Assembly: GCA_048882385.1 (NCBI GenBank)
Contig: JBHLRQ010000074.1
Span: 1-16,087 of the forward strand
DNA from: Candidatus Thorarchaeota archaeon
GTDB taxonomy: Archaea; Asgardarchaeota; Thorarchaeia; Thorarchaeales; Thorarchaeaceae
Direction of reading: 5' to 3'
Length of the DNA: 16,087 nt
This document shows, piece by piece, positions 15,334 to 16,087 of the stretch (the stretch's first letter is position 1; each line of letters opens with the position of its first letter). A model generated the notes under the pieces. That model was not told the DNA's origin. It was given only the letters and a program-made list of their open reading frames with translations, and ran no database searches. The translations under genes and the position numbers were made by a program.

Positions 15334-16087
15334 ATGACGAGTTTGAAGAAGTCCTGAAGCCAGTCCGAGAAGACCCCTCATATCTCAATCTTTGGAGCGC
15401 TTACAAGAAGATCCTAAGTATGGAACTATCCAGTATAGATGAGAAAGATAATCTTCATCTCTCTTTGATTGGGTCGTCTACCTTGGAACCACTAGCCGCA
15501 TGCATTGACATCAAAACAAGGCTTGAAGGATTTAGTCCATCAACTTTTGTTGGAGGATTCAACACCTATCGTCAAGAAGCGATGGACAAGAACTCCCCTC
15601 TTTACAAATCAAAACCTGACGTCATTATTCTTGCTGTGGATGCCTGGTCTATTCTTGATCAGAATTTTCTGAGCACATATCCCAGGATATCTGATAAAGA
15701 GAGAAACGACCTTCGAAAACAACTCGTTAAGGATGTTGGATCTATAGCCCAGATTCTTGAAACGAATACTTCAGCTGTGATCCTCGTTAACAACTTCATT
15801 GTCCCTGTTTTCTCTCCCCTCGGAATAGTTGATAATAAGCAAAAAATCGGGCTCAAGAGATTCTTCAAAGACGCAAACCTGGAACTCTCTGAAATGTTTA
15901 GTGAGAGCAGTAGAGTATATGTTGTTGACCTGGACTCAGCCGCAGCAGATTTCGGTAAATCGCGAATAACCAACTGGAATACATGGTATCGAGGGTCTGT
16001 TCTATTTAGTGAGGAGTTTTCACCAACTCTCGCTGATACATATCTTCGATACATACGTGCATTTAAAGCAAAGACAAAGAAGTGCAT
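15330..16087 (+). CDS. FkbH-like (HAD-IIIC) domain protein, 3'-partial; not in the supplied ORF track
   Basis: ATG at 15330 overlaps the acpS stop (ATGA) and the frame is open for 252 codons to the window end. Translation: MNDEFEEVLK...LSLIGSSTLEPL...GGFNTYRQEAMDKNSPLYKSKPDVIIL...ILVNNF..P...PLG...N..L...RVYVVDLD..AADFG...WYRGSVLFS...YIRAFKAKTKKC. This matches the typical N-terminal region of large FkbH proteins, ending just before the expected KKC.VLDLDNTLWGG HAD motif. Confidence 0.85.
   Translation, partial: MNDEFEEVLKPVREDPSYLNLWSAYKKILSMELSSIDEKDNLHLSLIGSSTLEPLAACIDIKTRLEGFSPSTFVGGFNTYRQEAMDKNSPLYKSKPDVIILAVDAWSILDQNFLSTYPRISDKERNDLRKQLVKDVGSIAQILETNTSAVILVNNFIVPVFSPLGIVDNKQKIGLKRFFKDANLELSEMFSESSRVYVVDLDSAAADFGKSRITNWNTWYRGSVLFSEEFSPTLADTYLRYIRAFKAKTKKC

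Noticed and set aside
15659-16087. 142-aa minus-strand ORF in the track
   Set aside because: It is the antisense shadow of the FkbH-like gene on the + strand and has no recognisable motifs.
1-16087. CRISPR arrays, IS elements, integrases, rRNA or tRNA genes
   Set aside because: I saw no regularly spaced direct repeats, transposase or integrase motifs, or rRNA/tRNA signatures by eye.

Overview
This 16 kb window is gene-dense, roughly 40-45% GC by eye, and appears archaeal. An Asgard origin (possibly Thorarchaeia) is inferred from the Rab-like GTPase fusion together with archaeal-type IOR, geranylgeranyl reductase, TrmB-like and ThrRS-editing genes; it is not proven. In order, it holds: a partial SsuC/TauC-type ABC permease convergent with an SsuB/TauB-type ATPase; a 765-aa fusion of a 7-bladed FG-GAP/BBS2-BBS7-like beta-propeller, an Ig-like sandwich, an acidic linker and a Rab-like small GTPase; iorAB; a DHH/DHHA1 phosphoesterase; three tandem TrmB-like regulators with a palindromic candidate operator; a GC-rich multi-hairpin candidate ncRNA; and a divergent geranylgeranyl-reductase-family flavoprotein. 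It ends with a co-directional run: membrane hexapeptide-repeat protein, stand-alone ThrRS editing domain, degenerate SF2 helicase, AcpS, and an FkbH-like protein that runs off the window and is absent from the ORF track. The most notable items are the propeller-GTPase fusion, the carrier-protein (AcpS/FkbH) machinery in an apparent archaeon, and the unannotated structured RNA. All family calls come from motif recognition by eye; no searches were run.
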